This document shows, piece after piece, positions 1 through 10,294 of a DNA stretch of 56,201 nt (positions are counted from its first letter, which is position 1; each line of letters begins with the position of its first letter). Source of the stretch: a virus (lineage: Duplodnaviria; Caudoviricetes). The notes under the pieces are model-generated. The model did not search any database. It had not been told where the DNA came from and saw nothing but the letters and a program-made list of their open reading frames with translations. The DNA is taken from positions 1 to 56,201 of the IMG/VR virus record IMGVR_UViG_3300027777_000045; one strand, written 5' to 3'. A program made the translations under genes and the position numbers.

Positions 1-2462
1 GAAGTTCCCCAGTGACTGATAGTTGGCGAGAACTGAGGAACATGCGAGTAAACCGCAATCGGAGCAGTGTTAGTGATATTGTGCGTATTTGCTGGCAGCG
101 ACATCTGAGTGAACGAGAATGTCAGACCAGACGAAGTAGCGGTAGCAGCCTGTGTTAGAAGAAGCGAACCAGCACCAGTATTGATAGAAACAACGTAGGT
201 ATCTCTTGGTAGGTTGGCGTTTGTTACAAGCATGCCTACCTGAACACCAGTAAGAGCAGAAGCAGTTGTTACGGTCGCGCTACCAGATACAGTGCTCATA
301 CCTGAAACTGTATTTGATGCCTTCGCTCTTGTTAGACCAGTGAACGAAGTACCAGTTGTTCCGGTATAAGTTGCATACTCGAAGCTTGATGGGTTAGCAA
401 TAAGGATTGTACCGTTTGATGGGAAGCCGAAAGTATTAGCAACCACCAGAGTTGTATCAGTTGACAATGCATTCGTTGTCATTGTAGTCTTAGGAGCAAT
501 GGTGTTTGTTTCATAACGGGCTGGAAGGTTACCAGAACGCATCCAGGCTTCCAGGTTTTGGTTGTTGTTTACGAAACGGTGGCAGTAGATGATCTTGCCC
601 TGCGTATCACGGAAACCGTAACGGATCGGACCTGAACCATACCAGCTATAATCCATGTAGAACATCTGAGACTTAGCAAGATCAAGAACAGTACCAGAAG
701 GACCATTTCCATCAAGAGTATCAATATTGAATTGGCTTTGTGGTACGCGAATGTCAACTGTCTTAGAGATCGTTACATAATTTGGAGAAGTAACAGTCGA
801 ACCACGATATGCAGGAGAAATCTGCATAGAAGTATCAGATACAATGTCCATAACGCGATAAGACATACCACGGATAACAATGAAGTCGCCAGGAACTAGC
901 TGTTTGCTGAACTTAGTAGAAGAGTTGTTATATGTCAAGCCAGTAACTGTAGTAGAACCGTTGGTTACGGTAGCACCACCAGCTAGCTGGTCGGTTGACT
1001 TACGACGAACTGCCCATAGTGTTTGACCATCAAACTCGAAGAAAACGCCGTTCTGTGCATCGAACATGCCAATACGAGAAGAAGAACCATACCAGTTAGT
1101 TACAGCCAGAGAAGGAAGACCGGTAGCTGGTGAAGCCGAAGGAGTTGTAAGAGCAGTGTATGTGAAACGGAAAGCGTCGATTACTGATGCTACAGTAAAG
1201 GTTCCGTTATATGCAGATTCGTTACATCCGGCAACAACAATCGTAACACCAGTCTGTAGAGCGTGACCGACCTTTGTTGTTACAGTGATTGTGCTAGAAG
1301 CTGAACCTGTAGCAGTTGTAGAGTCAATCTGATCGATATTGATATTTGGCTTCAGAATAGTACCAGTTGAGATCTGAATACCTTTACCAGACTGATAACG
1401 GAAGAAACGGCGTGTTTGACGAATTGTCTGAATATTGTGAGCTGGTGTACCAGTGTTGAATGTAACACCACCATCAAACGGACGGTGCAAATAAACACCA
1501 TCTGGACGAGGATAGATTACACCGTTTGTTACAGTAGCACCAGAAGTTGGTGAGTTTGGCGCGATAACAGAGAATACAGTCGAGTTTGAAACACTGGCAA
1601 CGCTATACGAACTGCTGATGTTATTACCAGATGAAACCGTTGTATTGGCAATGTAAATACCATCACCAACCTGAAGACCGTGCGAACCAGTTGTTGTAAT
1701 AGTAACAAGACCAGCTGCACCAATTACCGGCTGAGAAGGAATGGCATATGCCGAACCGGTATAGAACGAACCAGTGAATGCAAGAGTAAGAGCAGAGTTG
1801 TAAACCGAGCCAGTAGTACCAGTGAACGGATAACGAGCAGTGTAGGTAAAACTCACACCAGCAGATACAGTTTCAACTAGGAATGCTCCGTTACCACCAG
1901 CAAAGATACAATCCTGAATAAGAATAGGAGTACCGACAGCAGGAGGAGTTGTTGTTGCGACAGTAACTGTTAAGGAAGCATTTACGACTGTAATATCAGT
2001 AATTGTGAAAGGAGTCTGAGTATTCACAAAGAAAGAAGGACGATTATTCAGAAGAGTAAGTGTTTCCCACTTTGTTGGCTGTAGACCATACTCGAAGTCA
2101 GTATCGATAAGAGCCTGTGGAGTCGATACACGCATTTTTCCGACAGGGTCAAGATAAGCTTCGTCAGGAGCAAACAGCTCAGCTGCTTCATCAACAACAA
2201 TCTGGAGCTTATCTGTCGAGCTCATAGAAGTTGTATTGTATGCCAGCGTAATCGTAGTTACAGCGTTTGTGCTGGTAGTTGGCTGAGCCAAGCTATAAGC
2301 AGTAGCAGTCAGCGTCGAATCACTGAAGTTATAGATCACTCGGTTTGTTGTTACGTTTGTGATCAGCAGCAGACGCTCGCGAGGCAGAGCTCTCGGAATC
2401 GTGATTGTTCTTGAAGCTGGGTTAAACGTATACTGAGTGTCTAGAATTACTCTTCTTGCCAT
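1..2462 (-). CDS. Large T4-like virion structural protein, 3' end outside the window; absent from the ORF track
   Basis: ATG at 2462. Hand translation gives MARRVILDTQYTFNPASRTITIPRALPRERLLLITNVTT...DPVGKMRVSTPQALIDTDFEYGLQPTKWE...RQTRRFFRYQSGKG, motifs typical of large structural proteins of T4-like cyano/pelagiphages. A late promoter lies upstream. Confidence 0.8.
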   Translation of the reverse strand, partial: MARRVILDTQYTFNPASRTITIPRALPRERLLLITNVTTNRVIYNFSDSTLTATAYSLAQPTTSTNAVTTITLAYNTTSMSSTDKLQIVVDEAAELFAPDEAYLDPVGKMRVSTPQALIDTDFEYGLQPTKWETLTLLNNRPSFFVNTQTPFTITDITVVNASLTVTVATTTPPAVGTPILIQDCIFAGGNGAFLVETVSAGVSFTYTARYPFTGTTGSVYNSALTLAFTGSFYTGSAYAIPSQPVIGAAGLVTITTTGSHGLQVGDGIYIANTTVSSGNNISSSYSVASVSNSTVFSVIAPNSPTSGATVTNGVIYPRPDGVYLHRPFDGGVTFNTGTPAHNIQTIRQTRRFFRYQSGKGIQISTGTILKPNINIDQIDSTTATGSASSTITVTTKVGHALQTGVTIVVAGCNESAYNGTFTVASVIDAFRFTYTALTTPSASPATGLPSLAVTNWYGSSSRIGMFDAQNGVFFEFDGQTLWAVRRKSTDQLAGGATVTNGSTTVTGLTYNNSSTKFSKQLVPGDFIVIRGMSYRVMDIVSDTSMQISPAYRGSTVTSPNYVTISKTVDIRVPQSQFNIDTLDGNGPSGTVLDLAKSQMFYMDYSWYGSGPIRYGFRDTQGKIIYCHRFVNNNQNLEAWMRSGNLPARYETNTIAPKTTMTTNALSTDTTLVVANTFGFPSNGTILIANPSSFEYATYTGTTGTSFTGLTRAKASNTVSGMSTVSGSATVTTASALTGVQVGMLVTNANLPRDTYVVSINTGAGSLLLTQAATATSSGLTFSFTQMSLPANTHNITNTAPIAVYSHVPQFSPTISHWGT

Positions 2463-2498
2463 TGTGAAAAACCTTTCTAAGTGAAACCTTATTTTGTT

Positions 2499-2506
2499 TA
2501 TTTATA
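2499..2506 (-). promoter_or_regulatory. T4-type late promoter TATAAATA
   Basis: Exact gp55 consensus in the intergenic gap about 36 nt before the ATG at 2462. Confidence 0.8.
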
Positions 2507-2530
2507 TATCTATAATTCTTACTTTGAGGA

Positions 2531-5500
2531 TTATGCCCCAAACGCAATATTTAATGGTGTGAAATAAGTCGAACTGTTTGTTGAATACGTAACATCTTTA
2601 TCAATACCAATTCCAGATCTCCAGAAACCATCAAATGACATTCCTGATAGTGGCGGAGTTGCGAAGTTGATAATGTTGTTTGACGTTCCAGACAAATACC
2701 AACCGGAATTGAACGTACCATTTACATATGTATTTGATGTTCCGAATTCAGTCAGATTTACATAATCGTATCTGTAAAAATTTGGATTGTAATCTACAAG
2801 AACGCTACCAATGTAAATCTGTAATTTATTAGGATCTACTGGTGATGCATTTGCGCTTGTTACAGTGGTGTTGCTATAAGTCAACGAAAAGGCGGTTTGA
2901 GCGCCATTGAACAGAGGTGAAATGTCATCAAGTGTAAAGACCTGAGCAGCTTTATTATCAACATAGGTCTTTACAGCTTGCTGTGTTGGAACTTTTGCAT
3001 CGCTGTTTGCACTTAGGGTTCCATCGGTGGAGAATTCACTGATCAGAGCGCCGACCTGCGCGCCAATAGAACCAAGACGTAGAGATGTAAGACCAGATAG
3101 ATTGAACGCAGAGGCATTCAGTGTAGCAGCACCGGTCGCCTGATTAACGGCAAAATATGAACCTACACGAAAATTACCGTCTTGGTCAGTAGAGGTATAG
3201 TAAACACGACCAACATTTGCAGCTGAAGTTTCCTGAGCCTGAATCGTCAAAGCATTATTGACATTCGGGTATCCACTGGTTGTAGTATTACCAGTTCCTA
3301 CACTCAAGAAGTCGTGACCTGTTAGACGAATGTTACTGAAGTTACTTCTGATTTGTATAGCAGCACCATTCGAAGATGGTGTTGTTTTTTGAGCAGTAAG
3401 AACGAGCTGAAGCACGCTGCTTGAATTGATATATGTACCAGAATAATTCTGAATGATGTATGACTGAGTATCACCACTCGTAAAATTCAAGCTCTGACCG
3501 ATACCAGGAGCCTGTGGAAGACCGCTGACAACTAGAATAAATCCAGCCTGACCAGTTACACTGTTTGAAGAAAGAGTATTGGCAGCATACGTACTGCTCA
3601 GACCAGTTACTGTTTCATTTGTTGTGAACGTATTCGCATTAGACTTATAATAGTAAACAGTTCCAGCGGTACCCTGCACCGCAGTTACAGTACCTCTTGC
3701 GCCTGTTACGCTACCAACGATTGTTTCACCAACACTATAGTTTACAGCATTGGAGTTGAGGGTAAGCATATTACCATAAACAACACCGTTTGATGAAACT
3801 TCGGTTGTGTCATAACCTCTAGCGAACGAACCATAATTACCATAAGAATGGTTACCGTTCAGGCTTCGAATAATACCACCACCAGAAGCAGCGTAACCGA
3901 AATAAGCAAAGTAAGTAAAGCAGGAAACAACTTCCGATTTACCTTTATCCTTTGCATAGATACCTACACCGTTATCAGCGATGTTTGTAAATGAGTGGAA
4001 CAGCATACTTCTATTACCAGAAGCGTGAACCGAACCATCAACCAATGCACCAATACCACTAGTGAAGAGCGCCGAGCAATATACAATATATGGACTCTTT
4101 GTAGTTATTGGACTCGAAGGGTTAAAAGCAATACCTATACCCTTGAGAGTGGCGCCAGTGATATCATTACCAGAAGGAACGAATCCAGTCATTCCTCTCA
4201 TTGAAATACTATTCAACGATGTTCCATCAGACATCTGGAACATCGTTGAGTTTTCGTTATTATTTACACCATCATTACTCAGAACGCCAGTTATTGGCTG
4301 AACAATAGTCGTACGCATTGTTTCACCAACGATCGAAACGTTCGGTGGAACAACGATAGGAAGCTGTTCAGTATATGTACCGGTTTTTACAAAGATTGTA
4401 GATAGACCACTGGTTTGCTGAGTAGCATATTGAATTGTTTTGAATGGTTTCTGAATAGTAGAACCATAACCGGCAGCGTCAACACCGTTTGGCGAAACAT
4501 AATAAGCATTTGCGGAAACGCCTGGATTGCCCCAAGATAATGTTGTTCCATTCGAAGTCATAATGGTGTTATTAGAGCCGATCGGAAGACGATCTAGACC
4601 ACTGACGTTATAGAACAGAGTGTCACCAAGGGTAGTCAACCCAAGATTAGCAGTTGTGCCTTGAGCAACTAGCTGCCAGTAGACGTTAGAGCTTGGTGTT
4701 GGCGCGTTATTGACATTGTTATAACCAGCAGACACATAAGAAGAACCACCATAGCTTACAACGTCGCCAGTCTGGTATGACGTTGCATTTGCCCAAGCAT
4801 TGTTCCACTTGAATCCAGAATTTAATGCAGTCCAGTAAGTGCCATTCGAAGGAGCAGTACCAGATGAAGCATCCTGAATACAGATATATGAATAACCGCT
4901 ATACGTTACAACCTGTCCAACTTTGTAAGCTGTAGCGCCTGACCACGCACCTTGAAAAGAGAAGCCAGAAACCAGAGCAGTCCAGTAAGTTGCATTTGTT
5001 GGTGTGTTACCAATAGTATCCTGAATGGCAATGTATGAGTTACCACCATACGTTACGATATCACCTTTATTATAGGTGGTACCAGCAGAGTATGTTGATC
5101 TGAACTGATTGCCGGGATTTAGTTGTTGCCAATAAGAACCAGCCGTTGAAGGATTTTGATTGGTTCCGTCCTGTAGAGCAACGTAGCTATAAGCACCATA
5201 AGTTACAATATCTCCAAGTTTATAGCCAGTTCCGCTAGACCAAGTACCAATAAACTTAGTACCAGCAGCAACTTGAGTCCAGTAAGAAGAAGCTGGAGCT
5301 GGAACTTGTCCAGTGCTATCCTGAGATGCTACGTAGCTGTAAGCACCATAGATTACCGTATCACCGATTTTATATGCAGTACCACTAGACCATGCACCAC
5401 GAGGATTATAACCGGTAGTTACAACGCTCCAGTAAGTAGCATTTGTTGGTAGGTTACCTAGAGTGTCTGTCTTAGCTGCATAAACATAACCACCGTATGT

Positions 5501-5905
5501 TACTACGTCGCCGATGGTATACTGAGTGGAATTATTGTAGCTGTTTAGGAACTCAAGACCGTTGACGAATACAGTGAAGTTTGATTCTGTGCTTTGGAAT
5601 GTTGAACCAGAAGTGTGACCAGCAGTACAAATCCAGATGTCAGGTCCATACTTTACAAGGTCGTTTACCTTATAGTATACTCCGTTCGACCAGGCACCCT
5701 TGTACTGAATACCGTCAGAGATCAGATTCCAGTTAGCGGAATCAGAATAAAAACCACCCGAAGCAGAAGCATTTGATGTGTGATTGGTGACACAAACATA
5801 CGTACGTCCACCGTAAGTTACGATGTCGTCTTTGATGTAGGCAAATGTGGTTGTCCAGTTACCTTGGTAAGTAAATTTTAGTCTGCCTAGTACAAAATCG
5901 ACCAT
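2531..5905 (-). CDS. Tail fibre/spike-like adhesin with 8 N-terminal CBM5/12-like repeats and a pectin-lyase-like beta-helix
   Basis: Repeats W/Y-x5-Y-xx-(G)D-xV-xY-xG-xxY; beta-helix entry motif YYVSPNGVDAAGYGSTIQKPFKTIQYA...IFVKTGTYTEQLPIVVP; C-terminal STDQDGNFRVG motif. Confidence 0.75.
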   Translation of the reverse strand: MVDFVLGRLKFTYQGNWTTTFAYIKDDIVTYGGRTYVCVTNHTSNASASGGFYSDSANWNLISDGIQYKGAWSNGVYYKVNDLVKYGPDIWICTAGHTSGSTFQSTESNFTVFVNGLEFLNSYNNSTQYTIGDVVTYGGYVYAAKTDTLGNLPTNATYWSVVTTGYNPRGAWSSGTAYKIGDTVIYGAYSYVASQDSTGQVPAPASSYWTQVAAGTKFIGTWSSGTGYKLGDIVTYGAYSYVALQDGTNQNPSTAGSYWQQLNPGNQFRSTYSAGTTYNKGDIVTYGGNSYIAIQDTIGNTPTNATYWTALVSGFSFQGAWSGATAYKVGQVVTYSGYSYICIQDASSGTAPSNGTYWTALNSGFKWNNAWANATSYQTGDVVSYGGSSYVSAGYNNVNNAPTPSSNVYWQLVAQGTTANLGLTTLGDTLFYNVSGLDRLPIGSNNTIMTSNGTTLSWGNPGVSANAYYVSPNGVDAAGYGSTIQKPFKTIQYATQQTSGLSTIFVKTGTYTEQLPIVVPPNVSIVGETMRTTIVQPITGVLSNDGVNNNENSTMFQMSDGTSLNSISMRGMTGFVPSGNDITGATLKGIGIAFNPSSPITTKSPYIVYCSALFTSGIGALVDGSVHASGNRSMLFHSFTNIADNGVGIYAKDKGKSEVVSCFTYFAYFGYAASGGGIIRSLNGNHSYGNYGSFARGYDTTEVSSNGVVYGNMLTLNSNAVNYSVGETIVGSVTGARGTVTAVQGTAGTVYYYKSNANTFTTNETVTGLSSTYAANTLSSNSVTGQAGFILVVSGLPQAPGIGQSLNFTSGDTQSYIIQNYSGTYINSSSVLQLVLTAQKTTPSSNGAAIQIRSNFSNIRLTGHDFLSVGTGNTTTSGYPNVNNALTIQAQETSAANVGRVYYTSTDQDGNFRVGSYFAVNQATGAATLNASAFNLSGLTSLRLGSIGAQVGALISEFSTDGTLSANSDAKVPTQQAVKTYVDNKAAQVFTLDDISPLFNGAQTAFSLTYSNTTVTSANASPVDPNKLQIYIGSVLVDYNPNFYRYDYVNLTEFGTSNTYVNGTFNSGWYLSGTSNNIINFATPPLSGMSFDGFWRSGIGIDKDVTYSTNSSTYFTPLNIAFGA
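4667..5878 (-). repeat. Eight tandem ~50-aa aromatic-rich carbohydrate-binding-like repeats (coding)
   Basis: Examples: GAWSSGTAYKIGDTVIYGAYSYVA, GTWSSGTGYKLGDIVTYGAYSYVA, GAWSGATAYKVGQVVTYSGYSYIC; boundaries approximate. Confidence 0.85.
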
Positions 5906-5939
5906 TTAATGTCCCCGAATCTTTATTATTTTTTATTAT

Positions 5940-6713
5940 TTAGGAATAAGAATAATCAGCGCCGTAGCGAGCAACCAAAAATCCTCGAGAATTTAAATAA
6001 TAATTCAGTTGTTGATTATCAAATCTAACTTGCTCATATTTTCTATTCACTGTGTTTGTCAATGCTTCTTCCATACGAATAATTCCGAAACACCCAATAT
6101 CATTTCCAGAAGCATAGTAAAGCTGTTTCGGCGCATCAACAGGAACTGTAAAAATCAAAGGATTTGATGTTGATGTATTTGCATCTGGAGTTTGAGCGCT
6201 AACATTTGCCGATCTAGAAAATTCCACGCCATACAAATATTCGTTCGTATAAGAATTGCCGCTCGGAACGGTTGAGATGAAAATTGGATGACCGATAGTA
6301 GAACTGTCTTCCGTTACGAACTTATAGGTGGAACCTTTAGTCAAATACAATACCGGACTTGTATCACCATTAATAGTATACTGAGTATTGCCGCCAACTG
6401 AAGTTACTCTAACAAGAAAAGTATTTGTAATAACATTTTTTTCACCGACTTGATCACTTGTAATCTTGTCTAGATTATGCATAGCATTGCTTAAAGTGTA
6501 ACCGTTAATGAATTCTTCCATACCATTATATGCAAAACCTTTACCAGTCATATTTGTCATATTGACTGTTTCAGCGGTATTAGACCACAAAACCTTTGTA
6601 TATGTTAGTAAACCATTTGCATCGCGCGAAAGAGCATGCATAGCAAACTCTGATGGTGCAGCAGCCGCGGCTATAGCAGAAGTATTTTGGTATAAATTTG
6701 AAAGCTTTAACAT
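5940..6713 (-). CDS. Putative virion protein with a beta-sandwich (cupredoxin-like) module
   Basis: PVLYLTKGSTYKFVTEDSSTIGHPIFIST...FTVPVDAPKQLYY resembles a module of T4-like cyanophage virion proteins; has its own late promoter. Confidence 0.55.
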   Translation of the reverse strand: MLKLSNLYQNTSAIAAAAAPSEFAMHALSRDANGLLTYTKVLWSNTAETVNMTNMTGKGFAYNGMEEFINGYTLSNAMHNLDKITSDQVGEKNVITNTFLVRVTSVGGNTQYTINGDTSPVLYLTKGSTYKFVTEDSSTIGHPIFISTVPSGNSYTNEYLYGVEFSRSANVSAQTPDANTSTSNPLIFTVPVDAPKQLYYASGNDIGCFGIIRMEEALTNTVNRKYEQVRFDNQQLNYYLNSRGFLVARYGADYSYS

Positions 6714-6742
6714 TTACATTAATTCCGTAAATATATCCATTC

Positions 6743-6750
6743 TATTTATA
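6743..6750 (-). promoter_or_regulatory. T4-type late promoter TATAAATA
   Basis: Exact match about 30 nt upstream of the ATG at 6713. Confidence 0.8.
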
Positions 6751-6758
6751 CTTTTTTA

Positions 6759-7709
6759 TCATACAGTAAACACTTTCCATGTCGACCCGGTATAAACGAA
6801 TTCAGCAATTGTATCTGTCATATCAAATGATAAATCGTTTGAAGTATCACCAATTGTCGACCCGTTTCTTAAAATTACAGCCGGATTTGTTAGTTTACTC
6901 CCACCACCATCGGCAATTGACAATCTTTGTCCTACACTAGGAGATGCAGGCAAAGTAAGATAAATTGAACCATTACTTGTATCCGCAAGAAATGATCTAT
7001 ACGGAGTCAATGTTGTATTTGATGTTAATTTAACATATGGACCACCACCACCATAACCCCAGTACATACCAGAACCATTGCTGGTGAGGACTTGACCATT
7101 CGAACCAAAGCTACCATTAGCAACAATAACAGACGTATTACCTAGAACAATATTTGCGGTGTTGGTACTGATTGAAGTTGAATTGATCGTTACATTACTA
7201 ACAGACAATGTTCCTGTTGTCTTATTATAGGTAAAGTTATTTGAACCGCCAAGTAAGGACGAATCATTGAACTGTATGTTTGTATTGGATCCGCCATTGG
7301 CTATAGCAACAACCCACTGGAAGTTTCTGTAAATGTAAAGAGTTAAAGTATTACTATTCCACCAAAGGTCGCCGTCATTTGGGGGAGGTGATGATGGAGC
7401 TATACTGCTTATTTGTACCGAGGCTTTTGCAGCAGAAGTTGCCCAATAAACCGAACTTCCATTACTGGTAAGAACCTGACCAGCAGCACCAGAATCACCG
7501 TTTGCATAAAAACCACCGGAACCAAAAGTCAGATTCCCGGTTATTGAAATATTTGATACATTAGAACTAAGTTCAAATACAGAACTGCCGTTGGAAGTGT
7601 ATACTTTCTTATCAGCTAGATTGACACCTAGTTCACCTAGATCAAGATCTAGGGTTGTGGGTATTACACCACTTATTAAACTTCGTTTGACTTTAAACTT
7701 GGTTGCCAT
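6759..7709 (-). CDS. Tail fibre-associated protein
   Basis: N-terminus KVKRS...P..L..GELGVNLADKKVY (Mtd_N/hyaluronidase-like fibre anchor), two GQVLTSNGS..YW modules, C-terminal LTLPASPSVGQ domain. Confidence 0.7.
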   Translation of the reverse strand: MATKFKVKRSLISGVIPTTLDLDLGELGVNLADKKVYTSNGSSVFELSSNVSNISITGNLTFGSGGFYANGDSGAAGQVLTSNGSSVYWATSAAKASVQISSIAPSSPPPNDGDLWWNSNTLTLYIYRNFQWVVAIANGGSNTNIQFNDSSLLGGSNNFTYNKTTGTLSVSNVTINSTSISTNTANIVLGNTSVIVANGSFGSNGQVLTSNGSGMYWGYGGGGPYVKLTSNTTLTPYRSFLADTSNGSIYLTLPASPSVGQRLSIADGGGSKLTNPAVILRNGSTIGDTSNDLSFDMTDTIAEFVYTGSTWKVFTV

Positions 7710-8223
7710 CAGTCCACTCTGAGTCGCTAGGCGTCAGTTTCTTTTTATTGTTTTTAATAGTGCTGAGTTTTGATAGTTTACTATTAGCTTCTTCCAAAGC
7801 TCCACTTACTTTATTGTAGTTTTCTTTCATTTGATCCATATCTTTTTGATAAGTTTCAACTTTGGTACTAAGCTTGTTTACTGTTACAGATTTATTTGCA
7901 AGTTCATTTTCTACTGTTTTATATTTGTTTTGAAAATCTGTTAGATACACTATTCTTTCTTCAGCTTCGTCAAGTTTTTTCTTTAATCCATCTCTATCAT
8001 TGGTAATCGACTGCAAACCATTTACAGCTTGATTAATTGCAGTATTCAGTTGTCTTACTTGTTCTTCCAATTCTGAAATGGTGGCATTACGTTCGTTAAG
8101 AGCCATTTCCAATACAGTTGATTTTGTATCAGCCTGTAGTAGTCTACGCATTTGTTCAAGAAAAAGTGATTCTTGTTTCTTTATATACGTTTCAACAAAA
8201 AAGTCATTATCAGTTTCACTCAT
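7693..8223 (-). CDS. Coiled-coil hypothetical protein, possibly a fibre chaperone
   Basis: Charged heptad-rich sequence with a GGAG RBS, lying between fibre genes. Confidence 0.6.
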   Translation of the reverse strand: MSETDNDFFVETYIKKQESLFLEQMRRLLQADTKSTVLEMALNERNATISELEEQVRQLNTAINQAVNGLQSITNDRDGLKKKLDEAEERIVYLTDFQNKYKTVENELANKSVTVNKLSTKVETYQKDMDQMKENYNKVSGALEEANSKLSKLSTIKNNKKKLTPSDSEWTDGNQV

Positions 8224-8238
8224 AATATAAATTCTCCT

Positions 8239-9945
8239 TTAGAATGTTCCACCATCAAGTATGTTATAAACTAGAGCAGTTCCATTTGACTGTAATACAT
8301 AACCTGAAGTTCCTAGAGCCAATTGAGTAAATCCATTAGTGGAATTACCAACCAGAATAGCATTATTTGTAACTGTGTTTATTCCAGTACCACCACTATT
8401 TGCCATCAGCGGTGATGATATTGAAATTGAGTTAGCGATGATTGCTACATTAACCGTAGAGTTTGCAGTTACAACAACTGATGTTGCATTTGTTGTTATA
8501 CCACTGGAATTCAGATATGCCCATACTGAAGACAGTTTGAAAGATGGGTCGTTGATATCAACAACATTGCTGCCAGGTTCTGTTGTATAGTTTTTAAACA
8601 GATAATAAGCATCCGTAGCAGCATGTCTAATAACACCAGTATGTCTATCTGTAGTTCCATCATAATAGTGACCGACGAAACCAATGTCTACTAGATCTGA
8701 AGTATGATTATTAGAAGCTAGAATAATCAGAGGATCCGAAATGATTACCGAGCTAACGTTTGTGGTTACAAGGTTACCAGTGACAAAAATATCACCACCG
8801 ACTTCTAGATTACCTTCAATATAACCGCGAGTGGCATGAACGTTTGCAGCCCAAACATAATTCCAGCGCTGACCTGATTGACCGATATCGTAGGCAACGT
8901 TCGCCGCTGGATTAAAATTTGTATTGGCTCTACCAATAAAACTTATATTGTCAACAATATTATTACCAAGAACAACGTTACCTGTGGCACTGATTGAATC
9001 AAATGTAACACTATCGGTAACAGCAACAGGCTGACCAATATAAACACCGGAAGAGTTAACAGTGACACCAGTCCCTGGATTTACAAATACACCGCTTGAA
9101 TTGGCAATAATACCATTGTTTGCAAGAACTGATAGGGTACCGGTTGTGGTGATGGTACCACCAATAAGACCATTACCTGTAGCAACCGAAGAAACTCTAT
9201 CACCCCAATAAGCAGAAGAAGCATTAGAAAGCAGTACCTGACCAGCTGTTCCGATACTACCATTAGCTTGCAACCCAACACTTGAACCGATTACGACTTT
9301 GGTTGAATTTGCAACAAAATTTGAACCGACAGAGAATGATGAAGCATTTACACTATTAGCAACAAAAACACCTGTGGCATTAACAACAAAATTACTACCA
9401 AGAGATACTGAAGAAGCATTGACAGTACCAGTCAGGAATGCGCCAGTGCTGTTGGCTACAAAACTTGAACCGACGGTATAAACAGCTGCGTTTACAGTAT
9501 TAGAATTGATATTAACTGTTGCTAGGGTAGCAGTTGCTTGGTCAAATGTCAGATTTGCGTTAGCCCCAAGAGCACCGCTATTATTAAACTGAACTTGTGT
9601 ATTCGAACCGACAACACCGGGTAGAGGAGTATTCCAGTAAATTCCACCAGTTGAATTGGATGTTATAACTTGTCCGTTAGTACCAAAAGCACCGTTAGCA
9701 TAAACTTTGGTTGCAACAAGATTTGCCGCTCTGATTTCGTTAAGATATCCAGTTGTATTTGCTACAAGTGCCTGATTTGCAGTTAGGAATCCAGGAACCC
9801 TTACGCCACCAATCGCAACAATACTACCATTTGGACTACCAATATAAAGAACATCACCATTCGATGTATAGGCGAGCTCGCCATTAGCTAAAGATCCTGG
9901 AGTACTAGCGGTGGTACTACGTTTGATCTGAATTAAATTTGCCAC
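8239..9945 (-). CDS. Tail fibre protein
   Basis: IQIKRS...PGSLANGELAY anchor, G/S/T/N-rich beta repeats, DPLI.L...DIGFVGHY motif, terminal LDGGTF; GTG start. Confidence 0.75.
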   Translation of the reverse strand: MANLIQIKRSTTASTPGSLANGELAYTSNGDVLYIGSPNGSIVAIGGVRVPGFLTANQALVANTTGYLNEIRAANLVATKVYANGAFGTNGQVITSNSTGGIYWNTPLPGVVGSNTQVQFNNSGALGANANLTFDQATATLATVNINSNTVNAAVYTVGSSFVANSTGAFLTGTVNASSVSLGSNFVVNATGVFVANSVNASSFSVGSNFVANSTKVVIGSSVGLQANGSIGTAGQVLLSNASSAYWGDRVSSVATGNGLIGGTITTTGTLSVLANNGIIANSSGVFVNPGTGVTVNSSGVYIGQPVAVTDSVTFDSISATGNVVLGNNIVDNISFIGRANTNFNPAANVAYDIGQSGQRWNYVWAANVHATRGYIEGNLEVGGDIFVTGNLVTTNVSSVIISDPLIILASNNHTSDLVDIGFVGHYYDGTTDRHTGVIRHAATDAYYLFKNYTTEPGSNVVDINDPSFKLSSVWAYLNSSGITTNATSVVVTANSTVNVAIIANSISISSPLMANSGGTGINTVTNNAILVGNSTNGFTQLALGTSGYVLQSNGTALVYNILDGGTF

Positions 9946-10293
9946 TTAAAAATTTCCCCCGTCTAGATCCATTTGTCTAACGACATATTTATTATTTGTT
10001 GTATTGAACACCAGCGTGCTATTATTTGCCGGAGGAACTTGTGAAAGCTGAACATCAGTAATAGAAGCCACGGTAACATTGGATACAAGATTTGATGCGT
10101 AGGCTATTGCATTTGCATACGTTGTGGCGTCATTCGCCAGCATAGCAGAAGTATTTGAAAACTTTGTAAGGTCGGAAATAGCCGAAGCAGTAACAACAGG
10201 GACACTAGCCGGCATCGTCAGAAGTGAGCCGTTCTGATTGACTACTTTAACCTTATATTGATTGGTAGTTACAGATTTGACTACGAAAGACAT
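9946..10293 (-). CDS. Small fibre-associated protein
   Basis: ITDV...NNSTLVFN...KYV motif; ends LDGGNF like the neighbouring gene. Confidence 0.6.
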   Translation of the reverse strand: MSFVVKSVTTNQYKVKVVNQNGSLLTMPASVPVVTASAISDLTKFSNTSAMLANDATTYANAIAYASNLVSNVTVASITDVQLSQVPPANNSTLVFNTTNNKYVVRQMDLDGGNF

Positions 10294-10294
10294 A

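Noticed and set aside
6759-9945. Diversity-generating retroelement suggested by Mtd_N-like fibre anchors
   Set aside because: No reverse transcriptase and no adenine-variant TR/VR pair seen; the 41215/41860 repeat differs only at synonymous sites
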